Below the pieces are notes generated by a model. The model saw nothing but the letters and a program-made list of their open reading frames with translations. It was not told where the DNA came from and searched no databases. From positions 1 to 24,389 of the IMG/VR virus record IMGVR_UViG_3300031539_006876: a stretch of 24,389 nt of DNA; one strand, 5' to 3'. The position numbers and the translations under genes are program-made. This document shows, piece after piece, positions 15,533 to 24,389 of the stretch (position 1 is the first letter of the stretch; every line of letters begins with the position of its first letter). The DNA comes from a virus. Its lineage: Duplodnaviria > Caudoviricetes.

Positions 15533-16085
15533 ATGTTTATTGTTAAATGCTGACTATAGCCCTATTTCTGTTATTAGCTGGAAAAGGGCTATGGTATGGC
15601 ATTTTAAATATACAAAAAACAATGACTACGGAATAGATATTATTGATTTTTACAAAGATGATGCGATCATAGGAACCAGTAATAAAAAATTTCCTATACC
15701 AGCTGTAACTAAAACAAAAAGATTTTTCAAAGTTTGCAAAAATGATCAAATAGTTTTTAGTCGCAAGAATATTTTTTCTAGAGACGAATATAAATGCCAA
15801 TATTGTGGGATAAAATTTGAACACAAGGAATTGACATACGATCACGTTATACCGAAATCAAAATGGAATTATGGTCATTCTCCAACTAATTGGACTAATA
15901 TTGTTACCGCTTGTGTGTCGTGTAATAATAGAAAGGGAGACAGAACACCGACGCAAGCAAATATGCCCCTGCTTAGTGTGCCAGTAAAACCAGAAAAAAG
16001 ACTAAGGTACTTGCCAATTTTTGAGTATTTGGCTACTATAAAGCAAGTTCCAGAGGAATGGAAATTCTACATACCAGAGTTTTAG
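15513..16085 (+). CDS. HNH endonuclease (McrA/HNH_5 type)
   Basis: LLLNADYSP, SRKNIFSRDEYKCQYCG, TYDHVIPKS, WTNIVTACVSCNNRKG. Confidence 0.92.
   Translation: MKTNHTKCLLLNADYSPISVISWKRAMVWHFKYTKNNDYGIDIIDFYKDDAIIGTSNKKFPIPAVTKTKRFFKVCKNDQIVFSRKNIFSRDEYKCQYCGIKFEHKELTYDHVIPKSKWNYGHSPTNWTNIVTACVSCNNRKGDRTPTQANMPLLSVPVKPEKRLRYLPIFEYLATIKQVPEEWKFYIPEF
16011..16039 (+). promoter_or_regulatory. Candidate sigma-70 promoter inside the HNH CDS
   Basis: TTGCCA (16011-16016), 17-bp spacer, TACTAT (16034-16039), about 50 bp before the 16093 start. Confidence 0.45.
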
Positions 16086-16092
16086 GAATTTT

Positions 16093-16437
16093 ATGCCGAC
16101 ATATACATATAAATGCCCATCATGTAATAAAGTTTTTGAGATTTTAAGCTCCATCAAAGACTATAAGGACACAGTTAGTTGTTGCGATTGCGATTGCAAA
16201 AAAGCGTCAAGATGTTTAACGCAAGATGTCCAAACCTTAAACGGAAGCGTTAAACTAGGAGACAACGAACTTAAAACCCTGGGACATCTTGCACAAAGAA
16301 ATACAGAAAGAATGAGCGAAGATCAAAAACAAGCTATTTGGCAAAAGAACAATAAATACAAAGAAACTCCGTCTGAAAAACCTTTACCGAAAGGTATGAG
16401 TAGACTAAAAAAACCACCAAAAATGAAATGGAGATAA
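16093..16437 (+). CDS. FmdB-family zinc-ribbon protein
   Basis: MPTYTYKCPSCNKVFE...CCDCDC followed by a basic tail. Confidence 0.8.
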   Translation: MPTYTYKCPSCNKVFEILSSIKDYKDTVSCCDCDCKKASRCLTQDVQTLNGSVKLGDNELKTLGHLAQRNTERMSEDQKQAIWQKNNKYKETPSEKPLPKGMSRLKKPPKMKWR

Positions 16438-16438
16438 A

Positions 16439-16858
16439 ATGAGAGAGAAGCTAAAAGATGCTAAGGATTATATTTTTCAGCCCAATAACGCTAAAACAAT
16501 TGGTTTGAATGAAGAAGAAAAGGATGAAACAAATCATTTTTTTACAATATTTGGAGAACATGATTTTATAGATGAGGATGGGTATCCGAAAACAAATGAA
16601 GAATCCAATCATATTTATGCTAAAAAAATAAAACAAAATGGCAAGACAAATTTTTTTGTTAAAGCTTCTAGGCAGGGAAAACTATATAATCCAATAGGTA
16701 TGTTTTCTGAAGGCAAGCATAAAAGAATAAGCAAACTTACTGGATCTAATGAGTACAACTTTAAAAGAGTAAATCTTAGAATTTTTGAATTATACACTAG
16801 TTTCTTGAAAAGTAGAAACGTAGCATGGCTTAATAACGCAGAAAGAGAGATGATATAG
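16439..16858 (+). CDS. Hypothetical protein
   Basis: 139-aa ORF tightly packed between its neighbours. Confidence 0.7.
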   Translation: MREKLKDAKDYIFQPNNAKTIGLNEEEKDETNHFFTIFGEHDFIDEDGYPKTNEESNHIYAKKIKQNGKTNFFVKASRQGKLYNPIGMFSEGKHKRISKLTGSNEYNFKRVNLRIFELYTSFLKSRNVAWLNNAEREMI

Positions 16859-17154
16859 TGGCTTTTAAACCAAGTAAAACTAAAGAATATGCTGTTCTAT
16901 ATTTACATAGGTTTGTTCGTATGAATATAGATCAAATAGCAGAGGAATTAAATATCGCAGAATCAACGGTTTCGTCTATATTGGAAAATAACCCAGAACA
17001 AAACGCAAAAAACAAAAGTTCGTTTATCACAGAAACAAGCCAAAAGAGAAATGGTCATGTTGCCATAATGACACAAGAAGCATCACTCGGTGGTCAAGGT
17101 TTCTCAAATACTGGCAAAGTAAGTACCACGAATATTTTTAAGCCAAAGGGATAA
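16858..17154 (+). CDS. Small helix-turn-helix protein
   Basis: GTG start overlapping TAG; HTH pattern MNIDQIAEELNIAESTVSSIL. Confidence 0.65.
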   Translation: MAFKPSKTKEYAVLYLHRFVRMNIDQIAEELNIAESTVSSILENNPEQNAKNKSSFITETSQKRNGHVAIMTQEASLGGQGFSNTGKVSTTNIFKPKG

Positions 17155-17580
17155 ATGGCAAAAAAATATATTTCTAAATATTCAAATGGAAAAGAGATAA
17201 CTGCTGCTCAGTATATCACTGAAATAATATGTGAACATTGGGCCAAACAGAATCAAAAGGATTTGCATTATAGGTTCTGGTCAACTTCAGAACAATGGCA
17301 AAAACACTATAAAAATCAAATCACATCTGCAAATAAATTGCTAAAGAAATATAGCGATAAAGCAATAATAAAGGCTCTAAATGATTCTAAAGCATATAAG
17401 ATTTACTCATTGCGGGCTCCCTTCTTGTTGCCTATCATAGAGTACTACGAGAAGCAACTACAAGAAAACACAGAAAGTCTTACAAAGGAATTTGTAAGGA
17501 AAGAGCAAGTTAAATTTTCAAATAAGAAGTCTGGTAAAAAAAACATTATATCAAGATTGAAGGATTTAGACAATGAGTAG
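17155..17580 (+). CDS. Hypothetical protein
   Basis: 141-aa basic helical ORF overlapping the recA start. Confidence 0.7.
   Translation: MAKKYISKYSNGKEITAAQYITEIICEHWAKQNQKDLHYRFWSTSEQWQKHYKNQITSANKLLKKYSDKAIIKALNDSKAYKIYSLRAPFLLPIIEYYEKQLQENTESLTKEFVRKEQVKFSNKKSGKKNIISRLKDLDNE
17410..17438 (+). promoter_or_regulatory. Weak candidate sigma-70 promoter upstream of recA
   Basis: TTGCGG (17410-17415), 17-bp spacer, TATCAT (17433-17438). Confidence 0.3.
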
Positions 17581-18601
17581 CGTAACTAAAGATATAGCAA
17601 AGACATTTGGCGATAACATTATATTGAATGCTAATTCAATTATGGATACAAATAATGTAATAATTCCAGTTAGTCCTGTTATTGATATTTTATTAGGGGG
17701 AGGAGTGCCAGAAGGAAGTTTTGTAGTTTTTACTGGTCAGCCAAAATGCGGAAAGACAACAACTTCTCTTTATCTAGCAGCAACAGCCCAAGACCCCAAA
17801 TATGCGTATGGGTCTTTTAAAGAAGGAAGGGAAGTGTATTACCTCAACATTGAGGGTAGACTGAAAAAGAGAGATTTACAAGGGATACCTCATTTAAACC
17901 TTGATAAATTCCATGTAATTGGTTCTCAACAAGGTAAAATTCTACATGCAGAAGAGTATTTGCAAATTGCGGAAAAATTAATTAATGAAATACCCGGTTC
18001 TATAATTATAATCGACTCGTATTCTGCATTATGTACAGAAGCCGAAATAACTAGCGAAATGAGTAAAATGCAAAGAGCAGACGGAGCAAAATTACTGGCA
18101 AAATTCTGTAGAAAAATTGGGAATGTTATCCCTGTTAACAAAAATATTGTAATTGGAATAACACATTTAATGGGAAATCCAACAGGGTATGGTGCCGCTT
18201 TTACAGAAAAATCAGGACAAGCCGTAGCTTATCAAACGGACATAAAATTAAGAGCAAAAACATTTAAACCATGGACAGTTGGCAATGATTCTTCTCCTAT
18301 AGGACAAGAAGTAGAATGGCAGGTAGTCTGTTCTGCTATTGGTGCTCCCGGCGCTACTATGACTAGCTATATTCGTTATGGCCAAGGAATAGATAAATAC
18401 ACAGAGATAGTGCAACTAGCTTGTGATATAGGAGTAATAAATAAAGGAGGAGCTTGGTATACTTTAACGCATTTAGAAAATGCTCCAAAGTTCCAAGGAG
18501 TAGAAAAAGTAAGAAATTATTTAGTAGAAAATCCAAACGTCTACGAGGATTTGGTTAATAAAGTAAAAGAAATGATGGGTATTCCAACATGCAAATCATA
18601 G
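17573..18601 (+). CDS. recA: RecA/UvsX-family recombinase
   Basis: IDILLGGGVPEG, Walker A GQPKCGKT, Walker B IIIIDSYSAL, YGQGID, KGGAWY, FQGVEK. Confidence 0.92.
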   Translation: MSSVTKDIAKTFGDNIILNANSIMDTNNVIIPVSPVIDILLGGGVPEGSFVVFTGQPKCGKTTTSLYLAATAQDPKYAYGSFKEGREVYYLNIEGRLKKRDLQGIPHLNLDKFHVIGSQQGKILHAEEYLQIAEKLINEIPGSIIIIDSYSALCTEAEITSEMSKMQRADGAKLLAKFCRKIGNVIPVNKNIVIGITHLMGNPTGYGAAFTEKSGQAVAYQTDIKLRAKTFKPWTVGNDSSPIGQEVEWQVVCSAIGAPGATMTSYIRYGQGIDKYTEIVQLACDIGVINKGGAWYTLTHLENAPKFQGVEKVRNYLVENPNVYEDLVNKVKEMMGIPTCKS

Positions 18602-18996
18602 ATTTAGATGGAAATTCTCACAATTGGCTTTTAACTGGAAACATGGCTTATGCAACCAATACAAATAAGTCTGATTTACATATAAAAGCTAGGGATTTAT
18701 TAACACAGGAATTTCCAACACTACAAATTTTAGAGGAAGTTGCTATGCCTCTAAAAAAGGGTGTTACGTTGTATATGGATTTTTATCTGCCACTTAAAAA
18801 AATATGCTGTGAAGTTCATGGAGAACAACACTATAGATTTATTAAATTCTATCACAGCAGCCTTCTTTCTTTTTATCGTTCTCAAAAAAGAGACAGAGAA
18901 AAACAAGAATGGTGTGAACAAAATAATATACGTTATGTTGTATTCCCATTCGATAACAGCTCAGAAGAATGGAGAAAAATACTGAATGAATACTAA
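18589..18996 (+). CDS. Vsr/DUF559-like PD-(D/E)XK endonuclease
   Basis: LYMDFYLP..ICCEVHGEQHY...QKRDREKQEWCEQNNI. Confidence 0.75.
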   Translation: MQIIDLDGNSHNWLLTGNMAYATNTNKSDLHIKARDLLTQEFPTLQILEEVAMPLKKGVTLYMDFYLPLKKICCEVHGEQHYRFIKFYHSSLLSFYRSQKRDREKQEWCEQNNIRYVVFPFDNSSEEWRKILNEY

Positions 18997-19468
18997 AGAA
19001 GAAGTTTCGTATTGGGATAAAATACTAGATACTTATGAAGATAGTATAGGCATACCAAAATATGAATCAGAAGCATTTTCTGAATCAGAATTACAAAACT
19101 ATCTCACTATGAATAGAAATGTAATAGAAAAACTTTCTCCAGAAGATTGCGCCCAAATAGCAATGAGACTAGGACAATTTGGCTTTCATATACAAAGAAC
19201 TTTAAATAGAGAAATAGCTAGACACAATTGGGCAGAAGAAACAATTAAGGAAACAATTGCTTTTGACATAAATAGCTATAAAGGATATGGATACCTGGAA
19301 AAAAGTATACAGGCTATAAAAGACAACGAAAAAGCTAATGCTCTAAACAAAATCAAAAAATACGCAAAACAAAGAATGGATAGATTAGGGTTTCTGGCTA
19401 ATAACATTAAAAATCTCTCTGATATTTTACTCTCTATACAAAGAACAAAGGTGAAACATGGGACTTGA
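18986..19468 (+). CDS. Helical coiled-coil protein (possible UvsY-like recombination mediator)
   Basis: 160 aa, looks all-helical, near recA; the functional guess rests only on size and context. Confidence 0.55.
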   Translation: MNTKEEVSYWDKILDTYEDSIGIPKYESEAFSESELQNYLTMNRNVIEKLSPEDCAQIAMRLGQFGFHIQRTLNREIARHNWAEETIKETIAFDINSYKGYGYLEKSIQAIKDNEKANALNKIKKYAKQRMDRLGFLANNIKNLSDILLSIQRTKVKHGT

Positions 19469-19826
19469 AAAAGAAGATATTATGGCTCTAATAGCTATTC
19501 TACAAAAAGGACTAGAAGACGAAAAAGATCCTCAAATCAAAAAAGTTGGCAGTAAAAAAAGAACTACACAAACAACAAAATCAAAAAGTGTCGCTGTTGT
19601 TTCAAATAATAAATTCGATTCTATGTCGGAAAAGGATCTGCATAAACAAGATACAGAAATAGACAAGAAATTATGGGGTAACAACAGACCAACAGAAAGG
19701 TCTAGACAAAGCAGTGTCGTTAGTGTAAGATGTAGGGTATGCGGTAAAACAGAACAAGTAAGCGCAATGATAATAGATAGTGCTGAGAGATATAAGTGCA
19801 ATAAATGCGCAACAACGTCGGGATAA
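19458..19826 (+). CDS. Hypothetical protein with C-terminal zinc ribbon
   Basis: CRVCG...YKCNKC; SD AAGGTG. Confidence 0.7.
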   Translation: MGLEKEDIMALIAILQKGLEDEKDPQIKKVGSKKRTTQTTKSKSVAVVSNNKFDSMSEKDLHKQDTEIDKKLWGNNRPTERSRQSSVVSVRCRVCGKTEQVSAMIIDSAERYKCNKCATTSG

Positions 19827-19829
19827 ATT

Positions 19830-21275
19830 ATGTTAAATGATCCATCAGCAGAAAGAGCGGTATTAGCAGGTATTTTTTCTTATGGGGAAAATGCGTACCT
19901 AGAAGTTTCAGACATTATCTCTGAGTCAACATTTACCATTGATAGCAATGTAATTATTTACAAGTGCTTAAAACATTTATGTGATAAAAACTCGGAAGTA
20001 GATATAGCGTCAGTATATTCTGTTGCTGAGGAACTTGGTGTTTCCTCTATCCTAAATAAAAAACAAGAGGCCCAACATTTACGAGCAGTTGTTGATTTCC
20101 CTGTCAACTTTTCTAACATCAGAAAATTTGCTGGCAAAATTCGCAAACTTGAAATTACTAGGCTTTTAAGAAAACAACTAGAACTAGCACAAGATAAATT
20201 ATTAGAAATCAATGGTTCCGAATCTATAGGCTCCATACTAGCTGTAGCAGAAGATACGGTTTTTAACTTCACGAATTTATTAAACGACAGCGACGAAGCC
20301 CCTCACCATATTGCATCTGATCTAGAAGAATACATCAAGGAACTAGAAGAAAACCCAATAGATCAAGTCGGTATACCTACTGGATTTCCTATTTATGACC
20401 AATCAATAGGTGGAGGTTTGAGAAAAGGAACAGTAAATGTTATCGGCGCTAGGCCCAAAACAGGCAAAACACTATTGTCTGATAATATGGGCTATCATAT
20501 AGCCTCCAAGGGGATTCCTGTATTGAATATGGATACAGAAATGGCTAAACAAGATCATATCCATAGAGTATTAGCCATGATGACAGAAACAGAAATTAAC
20601 GATATTGAGACAGGAAAGTTTGCAGAAAACCCAGACAAACAAAGAAAAATACAGAGCGCTGTGCAACAACTAAAAAACACTAACATCTTTTATAAAAGCA
20701 TTGCCGGAAAACCATTTGAAGACCAATTATCTATTATGAAGAGATGGCTAGTAAAAGAGGTAGGACTTAACGACGACGGAACAGCAAAAGACTGCGTAAT
20801 ATTCTATGATTACCTAAAACTTATGGACAGTAGCGGCATGAGCCAAGACCTTAAAGAATATCAGGTTCTTGGATTCATGATGACACAGTTGCACAATTTT
20901 GCGGTCAAGTTTAAAGTTCCAATCGTTGCGTTCATACAATTAAATAGAGACGGTATAACGAAAGAATCAACGGATTCAGCCAGTGGTTCCGACCGTATTA
21001 TATGGTTGTGTAGCAACTTTACAATTTTCAAAAGAAAGAGCGATGAAGAAATCGCTGAAGACGGCGTATCTAACGGAAACAGAAAACTGGTTCCTCTAAT
21101 AGCAAGACACGGAGGAGGCTTGGATGACAACGACTATATCAACTGCAACATGAAGGGTTGGTGTGCCAAAATTACTGAAGGTAAAACAAGATTGGAATTG
21201 GTTAACAATACTCAAAATAAAGATGAGGGTTTTATAATTGATGAAAACGATGAAAAAGCCATCCCGTTCAATTGA
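19830..21275 (+). CDS. dnaB: DnaB-like replicative helicase
   Basis: N-terminal AERAVLAG; GIPTGF, Walker A GARPKTGKT, DTEM, FYDYLKLM, QLNR, ARHGG. Confidence 0.93.
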   Translation: MLNDPSAERAVLAGIFSYGENAYLEVSDIISESTFTIDSNVIIYKCLKHLCDKNSEVDIASVYSVAEELGVSSILNKKQEAQHLRAVVDFPVNFSNIRKFAGKIRKLEITRLLRKQLELAQDKLLEINGSESIGSILAVAEDTVFNFTNLLNDSDEAPHHIASDLEEYIKELEENPIDQVGIPTGFPIYDQSIGGGLRKGTVNVIGARPKTGKTLLSDNMGYHIASKGIPVLNMDTEMAKQDHIHRVLAMMTETEINDIETGKFAENPDKQRKIQSAVQQLKNTNIFYKSIAGKPFEDQLSIMKRWLVKEVGLNDDGTAKDCVIFYDYLKLMDSSGMSQDLKEYQVLGFMMTQLHNFAVKFKVPIVAFIQLNRDGITKESTDSASGSDRIIWLCSNFTIFKRKSDEEIAEDGVSNGNRKLVPLIARHGGGLDDNDYINCNMKGWCAKITEGKTRLELVNNTQNKDEGFIIDENDEKAIPFN

Positions 21276-22395
21276 TCAAAATAAGCTAAAAATTTTGTGT
21301 GATATTGCTTGTGATGATATAGATCAAATACTAGAATTTTTCAATATTGAATATAAGCATAACGGGAAAATGATAACTATGTGTTGTCCAATACACGGTG
21401 GAGATAATCCGTCTGCTGTTAATCTATATCCAGAAGGCGAAACATATAGAGGTAATTGGAAATGCAGAACTCATGGTTGTGAAAAACATTTTAAGTCATC
21501 TATTATAGGATTTGTTCGTGGCGTTTTAAGTCACCAAAAACACGATTGGGAAAAACCTGGAGATCAATTTGTAAATTTCCAAGAAGCTCTAGATTTTCTA
21601 ACGTCCTTTACGAACAAAGACTTGAGCAATATACATATCTCTAATTCAGATAGAAATAAACAAACATTTACAAGCATTATCAATTATGTAAATCAAAAAC
21701 AACAAGAAGTAAAATCCAAAGTTACAAGGAACCAAATTACCAAATCTTTAGACATACCATCCGAATATTTTATTAAAAGAGGGTTTAGCAAAGAAATTTT
21801 AGAGAAATATGATGTTGGTTTATGCGACAGAGAAGGCAAGGAAATGTACCAAAGGTCTGTTGTCCCTATCTATGACAATGATCATCAGTATATGATAGGC
21901 TGTACAGGTAGAAGTATTTTTGAAAAATGTAATAGTTGCGGTTCTTATCACAACCCAGATAAATCATGCCCATCCGCAGAATATTCCTGGAAATTTAGTA
22001 AATGGAAACACAGTAGTGATTTTAAAAGCCAAAATACTTTGTATAACTTTTGGTTTGCCAAAGATTTTATATTAGAGTCCTCTACAGTTATTATTGTTGA
22101 AAGCCCAGGAAATGTATGGAGACTGGAAGAAAACGGTATTCATAATAGTGTTGCTATATTTGGCTGTTCTTTAAGCGATAGACAAAAAGTCTTACTGGAT
22201 AGTAGCGGAGCGATGAACCTAATTATTTTAACAGATAGTGACGAAGCAGGAAGAAAAGCTGCGGAGCAGATTAAAAATAAATGTAAGAATACATACAATG
22301 TTTATACTCCGGTAATTTCAAAATCAGATATAGGAGAAATGAATAGTGAAGAAATTGAGACAGAGATCAAAGAATTTATGGAGAAAATCGTATGA
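21238..22395 (+). CDS. dnaG: DnaG-like DNA primase (start may be ATG 21241 or 21250)
   Basis: CHC2-type finger CPIHGGDNPS...WKCRTHGC; YFIKRGFS, RSVVPIYD, GCTGRS; TOPRIM motifs IVESPGN and TDSDEAGRKAA. Confidence 0.9.
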   Translation: MMKTMKKPSRSIDQNKLKILCDIACDDIDQILEFFNIEYKHNGKMITMCCPIHGGDNPSAVNLYPEGETYRGNWKCRTHGCEKHFKSSIIGFVRGVLSHQKHDWEKPGDQFVNFQEALDFLTSFTNKDLSNIHISNSDRNKQTFTSIINYVNQKQQEVKSKVTRNQITKSLDIPSEYFIKRGFSKEILEKYDVGLCDREGKEMYQRSVVPIYDNDHQYMIGCTGRSIFEKCNSCGSYHNPDKSCPSAEYSWKFSKWKHSSDFKSQNTLYNFWFAKDFILESSTVIIVESPGNVWRLEENGIHNSVAIFGCSLSDRQKVLLDSSGAMNLIILTDSDEAGRKAAEQIKNKCKNTYNVYTPVISKSDIGEMNSEEIETEIKEFMEKIV

Positions 22396-22967
22396 CTAGA
22401 ATTATTTGTTTCGCTGGCAGAAAACAGTCTGGTAAAAGCTCTTCGTGCGAGTATGTTTATCGAAAATTACAAGATAAGCGATCTGTTCAAATTTATAACT
22501 TTGCCGATCCGTTAAAACAAATATGTATTGATGTTCTTGGTTTAGCTCCAAGACAATGTTATGGTGAGGACAAATATAAAAACGAACTTGTTGATTGTCA
22601 ATGGAACGGAAAGCCATTAACCGCCAGAGAAGTAATGCAAATTCTAGGCACAGATATTCTTAGAACAATGCAGAATAATGTATGGGCAGGTGCAACTATT
22701 AGAAAAATACAAAAAGACAATCCAGACGTTGCTTTAATTGGAGACTGTAGGTTTCCTAATGAAGTAGAAGCTGTTCAAAATGCTGGTGGTATTGTTATTA
22801 AGCTAGAACGATCATTGTTTTATTCAGATCATGCAAGCGAAACAGCATTGAATAAAGAACATTATAACCAAGACATTTTTGATTATACTATCAATAATCA
22901 ACATATAGAATTAGACACTAAAAACGAGATAATACTAAAATTTCTTAAAAAAGAGCACATTCTATGA
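22392..22967 (+). CDS. Deoxynucleoside monophosphate kinase (T4 gp1-like)
   Basis: GRKQSGKS, FADPLK, TAREVMQILGTD, DCRFPNE, HASE. Confidence 0.9.
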   Translation: MTRIICFAGRKQSGKSSSCEYVYRKLQDKRSVQIYNFADPLKQICIDVLGLAPRQCYGEDKYKNELVDCQWNGKPLTAREVMQILGTDILRTMQNNVWAGATIRKIQKDNPDVALIGDCRFPNEVEAVQNAGGIVIKLERSLFYSDHASETALNKEHYNQDIFDYTINNQHIELDTKNEIILKFLKKEHIL

Positions 22968-23986
22968 TAATAACATATTTAAGAAGCTCAAGTTATGGAA
23001 CGCATTCTATGTGCGAGCAGCAATATTTTCTTGAATATAACCTCGGCTATAGATCACCTTCTGGCAAAAAAGCAGACAAAGGAACTATAGTACATAAAGT
23101 TATGGAAATTCTTGCTCATATAAAAGTTTGTCAACAAAAGAAATTAGCAGTTTATGACGATGATATTATTGGTCCAATGAACCCCTATGACTATGATCTA
23201 TTAGATATCGTTGAAAGAATTTATAGCTATTATACAACTAGTTTTAGTCATCACGATTGGAAGCCAGTTGATTATAGAGACTGTAAAAAATGGGTTGACA
23301 AAGCCCTAGAAATACAAAACGGTAATTTTGATCCGAGAAATCAAGAAATAGTTTGCCCCGAACAAAGATTCGACATAGAGATTAAAAAACCATGGGCATA
23401 TTATGACTATGGAAATGATTTAAAAGGATATTTAGCAATAAAAGGAACCATAGATCTTATTACAAAAGCCAATGAAAACACACTAGAAATAATTGATTAC
23501 AAAACCGGCAGAAGATTAGATTGGGCTACTGGAGAAGAAAAAACTTTCGGCAAACTACAAAAAGATCCGCAGTTAAGAATGTATCATTATGCTGCTAGTA
23601 TGTTATATCCAGACATAGACCATATCATTGTCAGCATATACTTTATTAACGACGGAGGTATATTTAGTATGAACTATGATAAAAAAGATTTGCAAGAAAC
23701 AGAAAATATGATCAGAAAAAAGTTTGAACAAATTAAACAATGTAAAAGACCTAGATTAAGTAAGTCTTGGAAATGCACCAAACTTTGTTATTTTGGTAAA
23801 AACTTTTTCCCACAACCAGTAATAGAATATAGGGATGGTCAGGTATGTGCCAAAGGTACGCCTATGACAATGTGCGAACAAATAAGACATGCTATTGATG
23901 TGGCAGGAATTGATGTGGTTGTTGACAAATACACAGTGCCCGGCTACAATGTTGGTAAATACAAAGCCCCTGGAAGCGTAGAATGA
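22964..23986 (+). CDS. RecB/Cas4-like PD-(D/E)XK exonuclease, probable Fe-S cluster
   Basis: SSS...CEQQYF, GTIVH, EQRF, GTIDLI, IIDYKTG, QLRMY, and C-terminal WKCTKLC plus further Cys. Confidence 0.88.
   Translation: MIITYLRSSSYGTHSMCEQQYFLEYNLGYRSPSGKKADKGTIVHKVMEILAHIKVCQQKKLAVYDDDIIGPMNPYDYDLLDIVERIYSYYTTSFSHHDWKPVDYRDCKKWVDKALEIQNGNFDPRNQEIVCPEQRFDIEIKKPWAYYDYGNDLKGYLAIKGTIDLITKANENTLEIIDYKTGRRLDWATGEEKTFGKLQKDPQLRMYHYAASMLYPDIDHIIVSIYFINDGGIFSMNYDKKDLQETENMIRKKFEQIKQCKRPRLSKSWKCTKLCYFGKNFFPQPVIEYRDGQVCAKGTPMTMCEQIRHAIDVAGIDVVVDKYTVPGYNVGKYKAPGSVE
23922..23950 (+). promoter_or_regulatory. Sigma-70 promoter inside the exonuclease CDS, immediately upstream of dnaE
   Basis: TTGACA (23922-23927), 17-bp spacer, TACAAT (23945-23950); 32 bp separate it from ATG 23983. 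Confidence 0.65.
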
Positions 23987-24389
23987 AAAAATACATACCA
24001 CTACATTGCCATACACACTACAGTTTATTGGATGGTCTTTCACAGCCAAAACACATAGCCAAGAGATGTTTAGAAATAGAGACCACAGCTTGTGCCATTA
24101 CAGATCATGGTAATATAGCTGGTCATGTCGCATTCCATAAAACAATGAAGGAAAATGGGATCAAACCAATATTAGGATGTGAACTATACATTTGCGAACA
24201 AGATCCCTCTATTAAGACAAAAGAAAATGGTGGTTTAAGCCATATGCTTGTTTTAGCTAAAAACTACAATGGATGGATGAATTTAATAAAACTTGTTAGC
24301 GAATCCAACAAACCAGAATTTTTCTATCATAAACCAAGATTAGATCTTAAAACAATACAAAACTTTTCTAAAGACCTAATTTGTATTAC
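23983..24389 (+). CDS. dnaE: DNA polymerase III alpha subunit (PHP domain), runs off the window; not in the ORF track
   Basis: ATGA overlap; translation MKKYIPLHCHTHYSLLDGLSQP...AITDHGN...GIKPILGCELY...HMLVLAKNYNGWMNLIKLVS...FYHKPRLD. Confidence 0.93.
   Translation, partial: MKKYIPLHCHTHYSLLDGLSQPKHIAKRCLEIETTACAITDHGNIAGHVAFHKTMKENGIKPILGCELYICEQDPSIKTKENGGLSHMLVLAKNYNGWMNLIKLVSESNKPEFFYHKPRLDLKTIQNFSKDLICI

Noticed and set aside
3951-18985. Nested + strand ORFs 3951..4142 and 18761..18985
   Set aside because: They are out-of-frame ORFs inside the sigma and nuclease genes, with no motif support.
12581-21275. Inteins or group I introns in nrdJ, recA or dnaB; a homing role for the HNH gene
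   Set aside because: Protein lengths are normal with no splice motifs or frame breaks; the HNH is free-standing and of the McrA/HNH_5 type.
8081-23300. TTGACA at 8081, 15831, 19263 and 23295
   Set aside because: No convincing -10 hexamer at about 17-bp spacing.
22964-23986. CRISPR-Cas locus suggested by the Cas4-like nuclease
   Set aside because: No repeat-spacer array or other cas gene; solo Cas4/RecB-like exonucleases are common in phage replication modules.
760-24049. All minus-strand ORFs in the track (60-134 aa)
   Set aside because: Each lies antisense to well-supported + strand genes and has no recognisable motif; consistent with shadow ORFs.
1-24389. Stop-codon reassignment, as in some large phages
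   Set aside because: Conserved genes are full length in code 11, and TAA, TAG and TGA all terminate genes at tight junctions.

Overview
AT-rich (roughly one-third GC), densely coding window with every credible gene on the + strand and many overlapping stop/start codons. It reads as part of a large tailed-phage genome; no integrase, tRNA, CRISPR or IS element is visible. From left to right: (i) the 3' end of a PAP2-family phosphatase, then two paralogous Cys-rich, FN3-like putative virion proteins; (ii) a phage sigma-70-family factor, hypotheticals, a ClpP-like protease with an intact triad, and a DeoC/DERA-fold protein that has lost its catalytic lysines; (iii) a 4.3-kb cassette of small membrane or exported proteins around a papain-like (C1) cysteine peptidase, with holin-like genes but no recognisable peptidoglycan hydrolase, closed by a terminator; (iv) a consensus sigma-70 promoter opening a nucleotide-metabolism and replication block: dCMP deaminase, monomeric class II RNR, PhoH, HNH, FmdB zinc ribbon, RecA/UvsX, Vsr/DUF559-like nuclease, DnaB, DnaG, dNMP kinase, Cas4/RecB-like exonuclease and the start of DnaE. 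Two promoter classes can be read from the DNA. One is TTGACA-N17-TAnAAT, several copies of which lie inside upstream coding sequence. The other is a GGTGTA motif in the gaps before putative structural and membrane genes, a candidate late promoter. All product calls come from motif recognition by eye; no searches were run.
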